Of a DNA stretch of 57,519 nt, positions 45,801 through 57,519 are shown piece after piece. A model generated the notes under the pieces. That model was given only the letters and a program-made list of their open reading frames with translations, did not search any database and was not told the origin of the DNA. Origin of the DNA: Nemertoderma westbladi. Lineage: Eukaryota > Animalia > Xenacoelomorpha. How positions within the stretch are numbered: the first letter of the stretch is position 1; every line of letters starts with the position of its first letter. The stretch lies in contig JAUCBJ010003968.1 of the NCBI GenBank assembly GCA_032718475.1, forward strand, positions 1 to 57,519. Reading direction: 5' to 3'. Position numbers and translations under genes: made by a program.

Positions 45801-46094
45801 AACCTCCTCGACTCTTTCCTTCGGGTACTCTTCCAACTTCTATTGACTCGCTCCCACGATCTACTCCGGGAAGATATCGCCTCTGCCGTGGCAGACTTGG
45901 CATTTGTCGATAAGCAGTTGTTTTTCTCATGTTTTCTCCCCCAGCTGTTGGATCAGACAGAGGGACTAGATTCTCCACAGAAATCCTCACTCCTACAGTC
46001 CTGGTCCAGGGATGACGATATCCCCACATTCCAGCGCAATTTAGATACGTTCGTTACCGATTTTAGGTATTTCATTAAGACGGGGTTGGTGTAA
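42801..46094 (+). CDS. XPO6: Exportin-6 (importin-beta family nuclear exporter of actin-profilin), single coding exon, 1097 aa
   Basis: N-terminus LEALMTEFY...RKQEIEAQLNNFSQQSDAWRHCL, DIGKLDWPFHYPNYF, TPPPSPTS, VSVHLRRFE, SHDLLREDI and DFRYF match recalled XPO6 motifs. Confidence 0.93.
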   Translation: MAAAGYLNSLEALMTEFYDVNTSNARKQEIEAQLNNFSQQSDAWRHCLIFIEATKNQFVQMYALTVLQNLVSRRWVSVEMREKLEITRSLRSLVFSNRPFEVYVVNKIIKLIVDIGKLDWPFHYPNYFSDIVEVMQDVRTCHIGLAFLLTTCEEFATPRDDLSRARREELMMLLTKQLPETLNLLTVIIESSLSRSRIPDDMVTPPPSPTSSNNNVSPAVQDPNVIADQMLSKYDSGAIRLSVRNLDEQSGKLIYLSLNCICHIFSWAPPSHCIQPKLIQSIFCIASIGVDPQVTATTVCIQLANHALVTINEIVGRNFVPRDFGEFYLHIFSNSFELMRRISLANQQAVAPAIDSEFITKFTELLSLFVSVHLRRFELNPEFPMIEFLSLLFDYTFNQPSNDGFLICLDIWSIFFDYLGTKMTNRVEDRTAVLARYEKVLRGVVVSLVGKFQFRSNQARLEELDDETLSDDEVTEWQSFLKECNELVAKVAVIIPEYTVAVVEEQWRLALGVYCSLDRYVTASENGTRLLAIPGENGRCKLHCTLRDLASLTQTLGRLSEYSEGLSDTLVVALFGACDYSVKHTLWSASNSTETALNVDFVEVHAQLLAALKAFHPWLSRVYLEESTDRVYHLIRGVMEGVYKLIRQDKVPLKIVHSAVHLLVSIATSVRPRYFVSLDSMFSLYEYSSTPEFVERHTEETKLLVYRGLTNALVLPWPGVPESRQDWPDRSAHHARFVARIAAAYLALEAPARRNDSAALARGIPCIAPTLGWISDQVTALVGQSTRCKQVVWNSVKPATDLTVLLVSALITHAEVIDSIMSFYLALFQSLRSQMGVAYIEETVKMIMGLFDKDQLYNAITNEGSIGCKIVEKFLSLLTIVAQEPGSAYISFLPSIIGLCTEQIHPIVANHPSHEVQTAVYTLLYQLVSNRWRFFFKSSILATLLTHPDQVEHENLFLAIMQVFGQSFMQSDIELFRLTLSYLQDLNFKWKLYSKDIFRRNLLDSFLRVLFQLLLTRSHDLLREDIASAVADLAFVDKQLFFSCFLPQLLDQTEGLDSPQKSSLLQSWSRDDDIPTFQRNLDTFVTDFRYFIKTGLV

Positions 46095-47149
46095 TCTGGT
46101 CTCATCGTCATAACATGCACATTGGTTTCCCCACACACATACACACACAATGGGTGGGGTTGTTGTGATATACTTTTCGCGGCATTATACACTAAATGTG
46201 TCGGTTTTTCCCCAAGTTTGAACTTGTGGTGGGTGTATTGTGTTTTATTGCGATAATGATGAAATACAGAAGTATTATTTTTATGATATAAAAAGAAATG
46301 CCAAGAATAATATCACATGTACCGTGTTTTACCAAAAATAATCTTTTATAGATGCCTATTGTTGAGTCAGAAATTATTTATTTTTTCGAAAGGATACAAT
46401 AATTATTATTAATGAATAATAATTAATTATTATTAATTCAGTTAATATTTTATTGGAATATCGCCAGTCTCGAAAATGTTTTAAAGAAAAAGCGACACAA
46501 TGAAAAATGGAAAAAAAGGACTAGGGGTTGATTAGACGATGTGTTTTTGTTCAGCTAATGTTGGTCTGGTAATTCACTCGCTGGACTGAACTAGTTTTTG
46601 ACCAGTAACCCTATTTGGCCCGGGGGGTTCTTTTTAGATTCATCTGTATCTTAACCAAGATTTCGTGACTTTTCCTAAAATTGAATCGGCTATCCAACAG
46701 AGCAAACGCCATTTACATGGGCTATATATGTTAGTTTTCGTTCTTTGGTCCATTTCTGGCACCCATCTCCAGTATTTTTTTCTCAAATTTTTTATGGCTC
46801 ACTATAAAATTTATTTATTTGCGGTATATAGAGGTTTTATTGGATGCTGATCACGATTACAAAACTCAAATATAACATTTTAAAATTTTTAGTAACTTTG
46901 AATGTGCCCCTGGGGCATGAAAAAGATAAGTAGTTATAATTAGATTGTTGACGTTTGCAATTTTCTGCTACTTGTATTTTTTCGTCCCACCAGACAAGCA
47001 CCAAAACTGATCGTTGTGTTACCACGAATGATTTTTAACGAGTTGTATCATGATCAGCGACCTTAAAAAACAGTATAGCTTCAGCATTAGCAAACCAAAC
47101 ACAATTTTTTAGTTTGATATTTTTTTACTTGTACCTTTCGTCCTGGGAG

Positions 47150-47400
47150 CCAAAATAGCACCTACCAAAAATAATGGTTGTATTGCCAGAAAATATTTTT
47201 AACAAGTTTTATCGTGATCAGCAACCTCGAAAACACCTTAAGAATTATCAAACCAAACACGACGGGCCAGATAGGGTTAACAGGCAACCACTTCAGACAT
47301 TAAGAATCATTAAATTACCTTACCTAGGCTCCATTAGAAACTATCGCCTTTTTAGTGCTTTATATTGTAAAAGATAATTTCATTTTAATGTTTTTGTATA
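47150..47400 (+). mobile_element. Possible Penelope-like element relic
   Basis: Degenerate NG.PENIFNK...IKLPYLG, resembling the post-RT region of Penelope elements. Confidence 0.3.
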
Positions 47401-47796
47401 TTTCAACGCAAATTTATTTTTATTTAATAAATCATTTGACGAGACAAAACTAAGATAAAATCAAAATTTTAGCATTGTAACTAAGCCCGGCACTCAGCCA
47501 ACTGAGCTACACCGCCTATAAGAAGAAAAATGTCACAAATAAAAACAAAAAAGGTCACTTTTATTGGACCTCCCTGGTAGCAGCCTCCTTTTTATTGTAA
47601 ACATTATTTTAAATTTGAGTTTATGTATAATTAAATATATAAATAATAATTATAATTATTATTATATTATTATATTTTTACTTACGTTAAACTCACTCGC
47701 TGCGCTCTGTCGGTGTCGTACATAAATATTAAATTGTCTTTCATATGGAGCCACTAAGAGGTCATTAAATCCTCTCAGTTTTATTTAGTGTGCATC

Positions 47797-48205
47797 TAGT
47801 GTTTAAACGGGATCAGACTTTTCGGGATTTCCGGGATCGGGTGCCGGGATTATCACTCTCGGGAACCCGTTTTTCGGGATCGAGATCGGGATTGCAATTT
47901 TGGTTTTAATTCCTTAAAGTTATTAGTATAATATGTGGCGGATTTTGGTAACACTGACTTACTTAATCTTACACTTTCTGCAATATTAGTAAGATAAATT
48001 TATATTAAATTAGTGTGCAATTTATTACTGGATGGTTTACTGACATAATTTTACTTAACTTATACAGAGTATACACAAATTTACTTAACTATATTCTATA
48101 AATATATACTGCAAGATTCCGTTCCAAAAAAATGGGGTCGGGACCGGGATTCCATTTTTCACCGGGATCCCGGTTTTTCGGGATCGGGATCCCGTTTAAA
48201 CACTA
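47797..48205. mobile_element. hAT-like MITE
   Basis: TIR TAGTGTTTAAACGGGATC; subterminal cgggat repeats; no clear TSD. Confidence 0.75.
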
Positions 48206-48554
48206 GACATACATAACCACTATCTCAATAATATATTGAGAGAGCGAGCATGTCCGCTATTTCAATTGTTCATTGAGAAAGCGAGCATCTTCAATGTCCT
48301 CCCCCCATATATTATAATGAGGTAGCAAACATGTACGTAAAAGTAAATAAATACAACGAGGATTTAATGACTTCTTCGACTAAGATTGGTAATTGTTTAA
48401 TATCGAAATTGCAAATATAAATAGACCTCAGCAGCTTTTTAACCCTTTCTTGTTTGGTGCATTTTAAAATTTGATCAACATCATCGAAATATCCAAGCTC
48501 TAGTCACTAGATATTATTGATGCATTTTATAATTGTTATCCTGTGTCGTTCCTT

Positions 48555-48797
48555 GAGACAGGGGGGAAGACTGGACGCAAATCCCATATTGACAAATTAA
48601 TATCCCGCCTCAATGTTAATTTTTCAATTTAGAGAAAGGAGCAGGTTACAGTGGCACGTTATTTTAACCAAAACAATAAACTAAATACAATAGAACAGGT
48701 TACAGTTTTATTTTTGAGAGCAATCAGCTGTTATTTGGGTCCAATTTCCCCTGGGGAGGGATGAATTTTTATTGCGTCCAGTTTCCCCCCTTATCTG
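48555..48797 (-). mobile_element. MITE family A (copy 2)
   Basis: Reverse complement of 9435-9686. Confidence 0.85.
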
Positions 48798-49649
48798 CGT
48801 CCCTTATGTAACTACACAATATTCGCATTATTGTTAATAATTGTTAACCTGTTAAATTAGTTAATTAATTGATATAATATACCTATGGGAGTATAGTATA
48901 TGGTAAATATTTATTATTTGAAGCGAGTTTGCTTTGGGTTTAGACTTTAGAGGTTAAAATCTAGAAACGTCAGAGTTTGTGATTGTCTCTACCCGCTCAA
49001 GGGTTATTTAGTACACCTTGCTACAACTACGACGCAATTTATACTACGGAGTTCAGACCCATAAAAATGTGCTCACCAACCGAACCCCCTAACCCATTAT
49101 GTTGCGTCTATGCACAGCGCGAGTTAGTGCACAGTCAGAGAGTATCGGTACGGAACAATATCTTAAGTTTTGTAAGTACAGTTTAGCAGTAAATTGCTCC
49201 TGACATTATTACTATAAAAATTTGGGGAAAGGAGCAGGTTTCAGGGGCGGGCTTTTTAAACCAAAACAATAAACGATACTTAAAACCACAAGTTTATTTT
49301 AACAGCGCCGTCACATGCTGTAACGTACAGGGCACAGTCAGCTCAGCAGTACTGTATACATGTGCATACATGTGGATACATTGCATACATTGGTGTGTGA
49401 AGCCAGGCGAGCTAGCTCATTAATGTGGGTTTGTTGGATGACCAGAATTGTCACCTCTCTACGACCTACCCGTTTCCTTGGAAACTTATAATATGTTCAC
49501 CACTTCACCAGCAATAACAGCGCGGTATAAAGCAATTCCGATTTTCTTCTTACTTATACATTCAACTACTCCGAAGTCGTCGACAAGAGCCTCCTCCATT
49601 AACATATAGTAAGTATACATTAAACTACTAAACTAAATATTCTAGGAAT

Positions 49650-51300
49650 ATTAAAATTGATGTGGAGGAATACAAAAAAGGAGATGGAAATTCATGTGGA
49701 TTCATGTTGCAGGTGCCATCTATAAATTACATAAAGAAAAGACAACCGACAATGACAATCTTAGTGCTGAACATTTACAATTTAGATTCTCAGATGACTT
49801 ATTGGCAAGACTTATTAATTATGATGATGGCTAAGGCGCTACAGGCTCTTCTCTCCAGGAAGCCTACGTACTAGCAGATTGATTATCTTACTAAAAGGTT
49901 CAGATAGACTTGTTGATGATACAAAAAGTTACAGGGGAATATCAGTTATCTTCATCTTGGCCATGGGTGAAATTAAAAAAATACCAACACATGACACACA
50001 GGCGGGATACAAAGCTCAGCTCTGTAAAGAATCTGCATACATGATAGCCACAAAACTTATCTCCAAATTCGACATGGGCGGTTCAAATGTTTATCTGGTC
50101 TCATTAGATTTATCTAGTGCCTTTGACACTGTATCCTATAGTAATCTATTTGAGAAATTGGCTAGAACAAACTGTGATCGATCAATTATTTATACTCTCT
50201 ACTCCTACTATTCAAAGTCAGAAGCTATAATGAAGATAAATAATAGGGACTTCTCCACCACAACAATACCATTGAAGTGTGGAGTCAGACAAGGGGGTAT
50301 CCTTTCGCCAGTATTGTTCAATATTTACTTGGCTGACTTATTTGTGGAACTGGAATCTTCAGGACTGGGACTTCACATCAATAACGAGGCATATCTTTCA
50401 GTTAGTTTTGCCGATGAAGCGATGATATACTTCTCTTGACCAATCTCGTGGGGGACCTTCACGGTCTATTGCGTATTTGTGAACGATTCTTCAAAGCAAA
50501 CTGTTTGTAATTAAATTTTTCTAAAACGAACTTTGTTATTTGCTCACACGATGGTACGGAGAATAGCACTATGGAATATATAGTTGCTCTAAATGGAAGT
50601 AAACTAAATACAGTTCGATTTTTGGGATTTCCTCTTCCAGCCACAAATGGTAATATAAAAGATCATTTTATCCAAAGGCTATGGATTAATTGTTCACGAG
50701 TTAACTTGTGGGGGCTTGCTACGCATAATATCCCTATTGATGGTACATTGCTCATCTGGAGAACGGTTTGTCTTCCATCTATTCTTTACGGCGCAGCATC
50801 TATAGGTCACTCCCTTATCTGAAGTCTGGCTCGAAGGCGATGATGGCGTGGTGCAGCATCTAGATTGTTTATACGAGGAAAGCATATTCTCGGAATATAA
50901 CCTTGACTCTTGGGCATTGGGAACACCGGGTCTGGCTTCATTAACTTCTCATCAGTATAACATAAAAACGTGCACCAGAGGTATTCCAAAATGTGATTTA
51001 AATAGTAAATACTCGGGAATGGTATATTTACTTACATACTCTGCGCCTGCTCTATACATCAGATGGAAATTTTTCTCTTCGGAGACAATGTATTTGTTAG
51101 CGCATTTGATAAAAAATATGTTCTTTCAATCTCAATTTCATATATTGTGACTCTTTACTGATTGTGCTGAAAACTCATGCAGATAAGTTCTAACTGTCCG
51201 GTCTGATACAAAGAACGGAATGGCGCTAGTAGACCTTCAACAAAGGGCCGCTCAATGTATCTGTTTATTCTACCCTTTTTTCCCTTTATGTATTGATTTC
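49650..51300 (+). mobile_element. Degenerate non-LTR retrotransposon RT
   Basis: SYRGIS, LDLSSAFDTV, GVRQGGILSPVLFNIY, SFADE, RFLG, LPSILYG, with stops and frameshifts. Confidence 0.85.
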
Positions 51301-51950
51301 CTTTATAATTCACTTAGTTTAATACGGTATTTGATCGTCTATTATACTTCACTGACATACAGTACCGAGAGGGTGTGGCAACACAGTATAACAAGCAAAT
51401 GTCTGACTAATTAATTATGTAAGGACTCAAGTCTGGCAACTGTGTTTCCCTTTAGGGGAAGGAAACGTATTGCGACAAGTCTTCGGTCTAATTATATTGA
51501 TATCGCTACAGTATTCAATTTGTGACAACTCTCAATCGTGACGTGATATAATTACTAATAAGAGCCTTGCTTACAATAATGGTCTGAAATATCACCATAT
51601 ATTAATTATATATTTATTAAGTTAGAGTAAACCTCTAACTTTTAACCTGCCCGCTTTTGGTTTAAAACCTGCCCGCTAAGTTTTCATAATTGGAGGGATG
51701 TTTTCCTATCCTCTTGCACTAATAATAATTATTATTAGTAATATTAGGCCATACGATTGCTTAATGCTTACAAGCAATGATACTTTAAATTATATTGTTA
51801 TGCTGCACTTTACGTGTTCAGCGATTTGTACATCAATCAGTATAATATTGTTTACCAGTTTTTCAATTAATAAGGAAATAATTTAATACAACTTATTAAA
51901 CTTGAATATGGGATTTTATCTATAAATATTTGGAGTCCATCATTTCTCTT

Positions 51951-53759
51951 TTAATTTTTGTACATCAGTAGCAGCGCCGCAAATAGACAAACCAACCAAT
52001 TTGAAATCATCGCCTTAGAGGCATCATTGTTTGGTATAGCGGTACAAATCGGTGCTTCCGAAACTAGTTCACCGGTCCCGTTGGTGAACATAATTCGACC
52101 TTCCTCCCCTACAATCACAGGCGACATCTTGCGGATGTAGTCGACAACGTACTCGTAATCAGCTCGTTCCGTCTCCAACTCGTTCATCTTATTATCTCTA
52201 ATCATTGTATATCCATCGCCTCCATTCGATACGAACTCTGTTGTCACTATCTTGTACACGGTGTCATCCTCTAGGGGTGCGTATGCGGGTATATCGCACT
52301 CGAGACACCGAGCAGATACACTTAAAACCCGGGACAGTGGGGGATTACATATGTTGTACACAACCTGTAAACCAGAGACCTGCAGAAATTCCCCATCTGC
52401 CTCTGGTCCCAAATTCGGTTTGAGCTTTGCGACTCCATGTTCCAAGGCTGATCGTATGTACTTCCCGGATAATTCTAGAACATTCACATTGTTTGCGAAT
52501 GGCTGAGCCAGAACAACATCAGCTATTGTTACATTACCTTTATCTATTGAGCTTCTAACACCTCCGCCATTCATTAGACCGATGGCAATGCGACCCCAAC
52601 TATTAGTAGTTGCTTCTCCACTCAAAGCGTTTAAGGTAACCATTGCGTCTACCACGAGATTCGCCAAATTACATTCCTTATTTCGACAGATGCCCCTTCT
52701 GCCATCCAAAAAGACGTTTGTCTGCCCAATGACCTCGTCACCAAATTCATGGATAGCTTGAGCCATATCATTAACTTCACTCAAGACATTCGGATCTTCA
52801 GCAATGCTTTTATCTAATAGAATAGGGTTGCTACCCTCGAGCACTCTCAGTACCTCACCATGGTCGTCGAACACAACTTTAAGGCATCCCAAGTATTTAC
52901 CATAGGCGTAGTCTTGCACGATAAGAACGGTTCTAGAAGTATCATACGCTGGCCGTACTACTACGGGATAAGGTCCGTACACCTCCTCCGGCCCACCTGT
53001 AGGCGAGTTGGCCCCGTTGTACAGGAAGGTGTTGGTGTGTCCGCCCACGACGATATCAACCAGTGGAACTGACTCTGCTATCTCTCTGTCGATCTCTATC
53101 CCAGCGTGTCCGAGCGCGATTATGATCGCAACACCTTCATCTTCCTTTAATCGCGCAGCTTCTACCCTAACAGCATCCAAAACGTCGTTGAATTTTATAC
53201 TATCATCCGGTTGAGAGATGCTAGGAGTTGTATCCGTGGTATAACCAATGATTCCTATTTTAACTCCTCCTAACGTCATCACCTTCGATTTCTTTATTAG
53301 TTGTTGCAGATCTTCATCTTCAGTTGCATCAATATTGGCGCTAACAATATCAATACCTGTGAGTTTATTGAGAAAGTTCGCGAGAAATGCATTGCCTCTA
53401 TCGAATTCGTGGTTGCCCAAAGAGAATGCGTCGTAATTGATTTCTTTCATGAACTTGGCTGTGGCGTTTCCTTGGTAGTAACTGAACCATAAAGTCCCTT
53501 GGAACTCATCTCCCGCATCCAACACAATAACATTTCCTCCTTGCGATTTAATATTCTCTATGGCGGTTTTTCTTCTGGCCACGCCCCCGTAGCAACCTTT
53601 TGCGGCATCCTTACACTGTCCGGAGTATTTATCTGTCTGTTCGATCCTGCCATGTAAGTCATTTGTGTGTAGGATCGTTAGACTATATTCTCCATTTACC
53701 AGTTCGGATATCGTCAAAATCGTGATTAATATAATTACAGTATACAAAGTATCCTTCAT
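51951..53759 (-). CDS. NT5E: Ecto-5'-nucleotidase (CD73-like), signal peptide and GPI-type tail, single coding exon, 602 aa
   Basis: ILHTNDLHG, LDAGDEFQGT, LGNHEFD and GGHTN metal motifs; substrate motifs CRNKECN, NGGGVRS, PFAN, F..NGGDGY; hydrophobic N- and C-termini. Confidence 0.92.
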   Translation of the reverse strand: MKDTLYTVIILITILTISELVNGEYSLTILHTNDLHGRIEQTDKYSGQCKDAAKGCYGGVARRKTAIENIKSQGGNVIVLDAGDEFQGTLWFSYYQGNATAKFMKEINYDAFSLGNHEFDRGNAFLANFLNKLTGIDIVSANIDATEDEDLQQLIKKSKVMTLGGVKIGIIGYTTDTTPSISQPDDSIKFNDVLDAVRVEAARLKEDEGVAIIIALGHAGIEIDREIAESVPLVDIVVGGHTNTFLYNGANSPTGGPEEVYGPYPVVVRPAYDTSRTVLIVQDYAYGKYLGCLKVVFDDHGEVLRVLEGSNPILLDKSIAEDPNVLSEVNDMAQAIHEFGDEVIGQTNVFLDGRRGICRNKECNLANLVVDAMVTLNALSGEATTNSWGRIAIGLMNGGGVRSSIDKGNVTIADVVLAQPFANNVNVLELSGKYIRSALEHGVAKLKPNLGPEADGEFLQVSGLQVVYNICNPPLSRVLSVSARCLECDIPAYAPLEDDTVYKIVTTEFVSNGGDGYTMIRDNKMNELETERADYEYVVDYIRKMSPVIVGEEGRIMFTNGTGELVSEAPICTAIPNNDASKAMISNWLVCLFAALLLMYKN

Positions 53760-55149
53760 AATGGCGAATTAATTCTAAATAATATAATAATAATATATAT
53801 TATATCTTTTATTATATTCAAAGTATGGCTTCGATACGTTGCATTAATATAATACGATTGCCGGAATAATAAACCTAATGTTACAGATGGTTCTTATGAA
53901 TATAATATTTTGCATTTTATATATATTCTTTATATTGAAAAATTAGCATTATAAAGAGTGGGGAGGACGTTTTCCAGGGTATCTTCTACTTGTGGCAAAG
54001 GGTTAGTTACCAATAATAATCGTTTTAAATTTGAAAAGGTTATCAAAAATACATTATTTTACTATTGTTTGCTTTTGCGGACACTACATTTGCGTACAAA
54101 AAAGTAATTATCTAATAAATCTTTCAAAAATATAGACAAATAATTTATTTAACATTGAGTAAGGGATCAATCAAAGCAATCGTTATATGTGTTGAAAGAG
54201 TGTCAACGTAGAAAAGGTTTGCACGTAATATGAGACAAATCCATGCACACACTCAAAAATTAAAGGCGAACTTCAAAACGGAACTTAATATCCAATATTG
54301 GTTTATGTTGTTAAGCGGCTCTCTAGTTAAATAATAAACATTCGAGAACACTAAATTATTAAACATTACGAAATGCAGCAGCAGGAGTTGACGAGTACAA
54401 TAATTTATTGGAATAGCTGTAACTATGGAAGCAATATAGTAAAATACTGCATTCCAATTTATTCTTTAACATTATCTCGTAACTTTTATTAAAGAATAAG
54501 GTTTTCCCTAGGGAAAAAAGTACTCATTTTCTTCCGATTTTGTGGTATATTCGGGGGAAAGAAAAACAATTTAAGAACAAAAATGTTACTTCCTTTTTGT
54601 AAAATAAATAGTTATTGTTTATTAAACTTAGACTGGTTTACCTGCAATGATGTAGTCTTCAGAAATATAATACGGATGTTTTGATGGAAATTGGAACAAA
54701 ATTTATTTAAATAAATAAACTGTAATTCTCTCAGAACTGTGCTATGCAATCTTTGTCTTTCTTATTGTAAAACGAGGTTATTGACTGGGAATGATTTAAT
54801 CATTCATTTAACAGTTCATAATTATTAAGGACAGTTTATCAAAACATCCATCAGTAAAGTTCCTATGTATATCTATTTGTATACAAATTACAAGTAAACT
54901 AATTAGGAATCCCGCAATAGTAGATATTCTTAGTCAATCGAAGGTTGAACTGTGAAATTGGTAGTAAAGGTTAAGCTATTGTATTAATCAAGATATTTAC
55001 CCCATAATTAATATCAATCCATCGAAATATGTTATGAAAACAAGAAATAATATAATATTATTGTTATCAAATAACAATAAGAGCCGGGGGTGGGGGGGGG
55101 GGGGGCGTGATGCTAGAAATCCCCATCTTCCAGAAACAGTGAATTGGAG

Positions 55150-55727
55150 GCTCAAACTCACTACGGTGCTCAAACTCACTGTGGTACTCAAACTTACTAC
55201 GGTGCAAACTCACTGTGGTACTCAAACTCACTACGGTGCTCAAACTCACTGTGGTACTCAAATCACTGCGGTGCTCAAACTCACTGCTGTGTTCAAACTC
55301 ACTGCGGTGCTCAAGCTCACTGTGGTAATCAAACTCACTGTGGTAATCAAACTCACTACGGTGCTCAAACTCATTGTGGCACTCAAACTCACTACAGTGC
55401 TCAAAGTCACTGTGGTACTCAAAATCACTGCGATGCTCAAACTCACTGACTGTGTTCAAACTCACTACGGTGCTCAAACTCACTGTGGTGCTCAAACTCA
55501 CTGTGGTACTCAAAATCACTGCGGTGCTCAAACTCACCGACTGTATTCAAACTCACTGTGGTGCACAAACTCACTGCGGTGCTCAAACTCACTGTGGTGC
55601 TCAAAATCACTGCGGTGCTCAAACTCACTGCTGTGCTCAAAACTCACTGCTTTGCTCAAAATCACTGCGGTGCTCAAACTCACTGCGGTGCTCAAACTCA
55701 CTGCGGTGCTCAAACTCACTGTGGTGC
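55150..55727. repeat. 18-bp minisatellite, about 32 copies
   Basis: Unit gctcaaactcactg(c/t)ggt; followed by aagggttaa, a possible piggyBac-type end. Confidence 0.93.
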
Positions 55728-55865
55728 CCGAGTATCTCGCCGTTAAGGGTTAAGCTAATATACATACATTCGTATACATCCCCTTTCGTATCGTCCTTAC
55801 TCCATTTTATTATTAATATTGTTATTAATTTGTATTTATTGTTCACACATTCTATTTCCTTTTAG

Positions 55866-56192
<327 letters not shown>

Positions 56193-56411
56193 TGAGTTAC
56201 AACAACTACAATAAATAGGTATATATCAACTAGGTTAGGTCCTAGCAGCAGAGGGCTATTTGTATTACTATTGCCTCTCGTATGCAGCTAATTTGAAAAT
56301 GGAGCACCAGATTCACCCCAGGAGGGCCGCTGTAACGCCTAGGCTGCAGCCTAGGGGGCCGGCATTACCATTACGCATAAGCTGACCACTTATTTCAAAT
56401 GCTTCCATTTA

Positions 56412-56615
56412 CAGATAGGGGGGACTTTCGGCGCAATAATAATTCATCCCTCTCCAGGGGAAATTCGACGCAAATAACAGATGATTACTCTCAAAAATAA
56501 GACTGTGACCTGTTCTATTGTGCTTAGTTTATTGTTTTGGTTAAAATAACGTGCCACTGTAACCTGCTCCTTTCCCTAAATTGAGAATTTAACATTGAGG
56601 CGGGATATTAATTCG
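56412..56615 (+). mobile_element. MITE family A (copy 3, truncated)
   Basis: Matches 9435-9645. Confidence 0.82.
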
Positions 56616-56877
56616 TATCTAGGACAGTTCCCCCCGGACACTTCCCCCCGCCCAAGTAGGACACTTCCCCCCCCCCCCCCCCCCCCGAACACTTGCCCCC
56701 CGGACACTCCTCCCCCCCCCCCCCCCCCCCCTCAGTTAAAGTGTTAAAATTAATCTGGATGCATCAAAGCAATAAACAAAAGTTAAAGATGGTTACAGGA
56801 CAAGTTGTATCTAGACAAGTTTTTTCAAAATTATAAAAGAAACATTTTTATAGTCAAATTTTGTTTGTTTTTCTTTT

Positions 56878-57013
56878 AATTGGGGGCTGCCGCCCCCAAA
56901 CCCCCGCTTCTTTTGTTGGGGGCTGCCGCCCCCAAACCCACGCTTATTTTCTTGGGGGCTGCCGCCCCCAAACCCCCGCTTCTTTTCTTGGGGGTTATCG
57001 CCCCCAGACCCCG
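56878..57013. repeat. 36-bp GC-rich tandem repeat, about 4 copies
   Basis: Unit ttgggggctgccgcccccaaacccccgcttctttt(g/c), each with a gggg-ctgcc-cccc hairpin. Confidence 0.85.
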
Positions 57014-57519
57014 GCATTTCCCTGAGTGCCCGTGGTGAAAGACTTTGAGACCGCTTTGTAATAATTCAATTCATGTTTGTATCATCAGATAATAAATTGA
57101 CTAAGCCTAAAGTAGGAGCTGTATTGAATGTTAACCAATTTAATATATAAATTACTACAATATTGTATAATTCAACAAAATCCTATTAAAAATATTGCAA
57201 GTAACCAGGAAATTTATTATGTAGTGTGTATAATATTTATATAGTATGTATAGGGTAGTGATATGTATATCAATATGTAATGCTGAACACAGAATACAGG
57301 TCGACGCATGTCGATTTTACCCTGGAGAGGTATAATTTTGATTGCAACATTAATATTCATCCCCATCTGCTACAATTTGAAGAAGACTAGTTACACAATA
57401 ATACCTATAATTAAAACAATTAATTATTATAATTCTATAGTTAATAAAAACAGTATATCATTCCGGGGATGGAATTTATACGTCATCGAATATAATTAAT
57501 TGTTTAAAGATTAGCAAAC

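Noticed and set aside
43178-46192. Antisense and alternate-frame ORFs within XPO6 (and similarly within NT5E)
   Set aside because: Expected shadows of long, GC-richer coding sequence; no recognisable motifs.
55034-55865. 239-aa and overlapping ORFs with LKLTAV or QTHCGA repeats
   Set aside because: Translation of the 18-bp minisatellite.

Overview
AT-rich, intron- and transposon-rich animal genomic DNA, probably invertebrate; species not identifiable from sequence alone. The left third (1112-19912, +) holds a spliced gene that the ORF track misses. Fourteen GT-AG exons join in one continuous frame of about 600 aa: at least four calcium-binding EGF modules fused to a complete but divergent Cys-loop pentameric ligand-gated ion channel (GABA-A/GlyR/GluCl-like) ending in KDEL. 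Its 5' end was not found and probably lies upstream of the window. Two of its introns carry a minus-strand tRNA-like Pol III cassette (A box, B box, T6) with a minimal type I hammerhead ribozyme in place of the anticodon arm. Another intron holds an RTE LINE split by a second LINE, inside which a 78 x 32-bp satellite arose. The middle is nested non-autonomous DNA transposons, LINE relics and satellites, with many TA-flanked palindromes that look like excision footprints. The right end has intronless XPO6 (+), an intronless CD73/NT5E-like 5'-nucleotidase (-) and the first coding exon of a ZSWIM4/5/6-family gene (+). All three have a splice acceptor 12-15 nt before the ATG. All calls were made by eye; no database searches were run.
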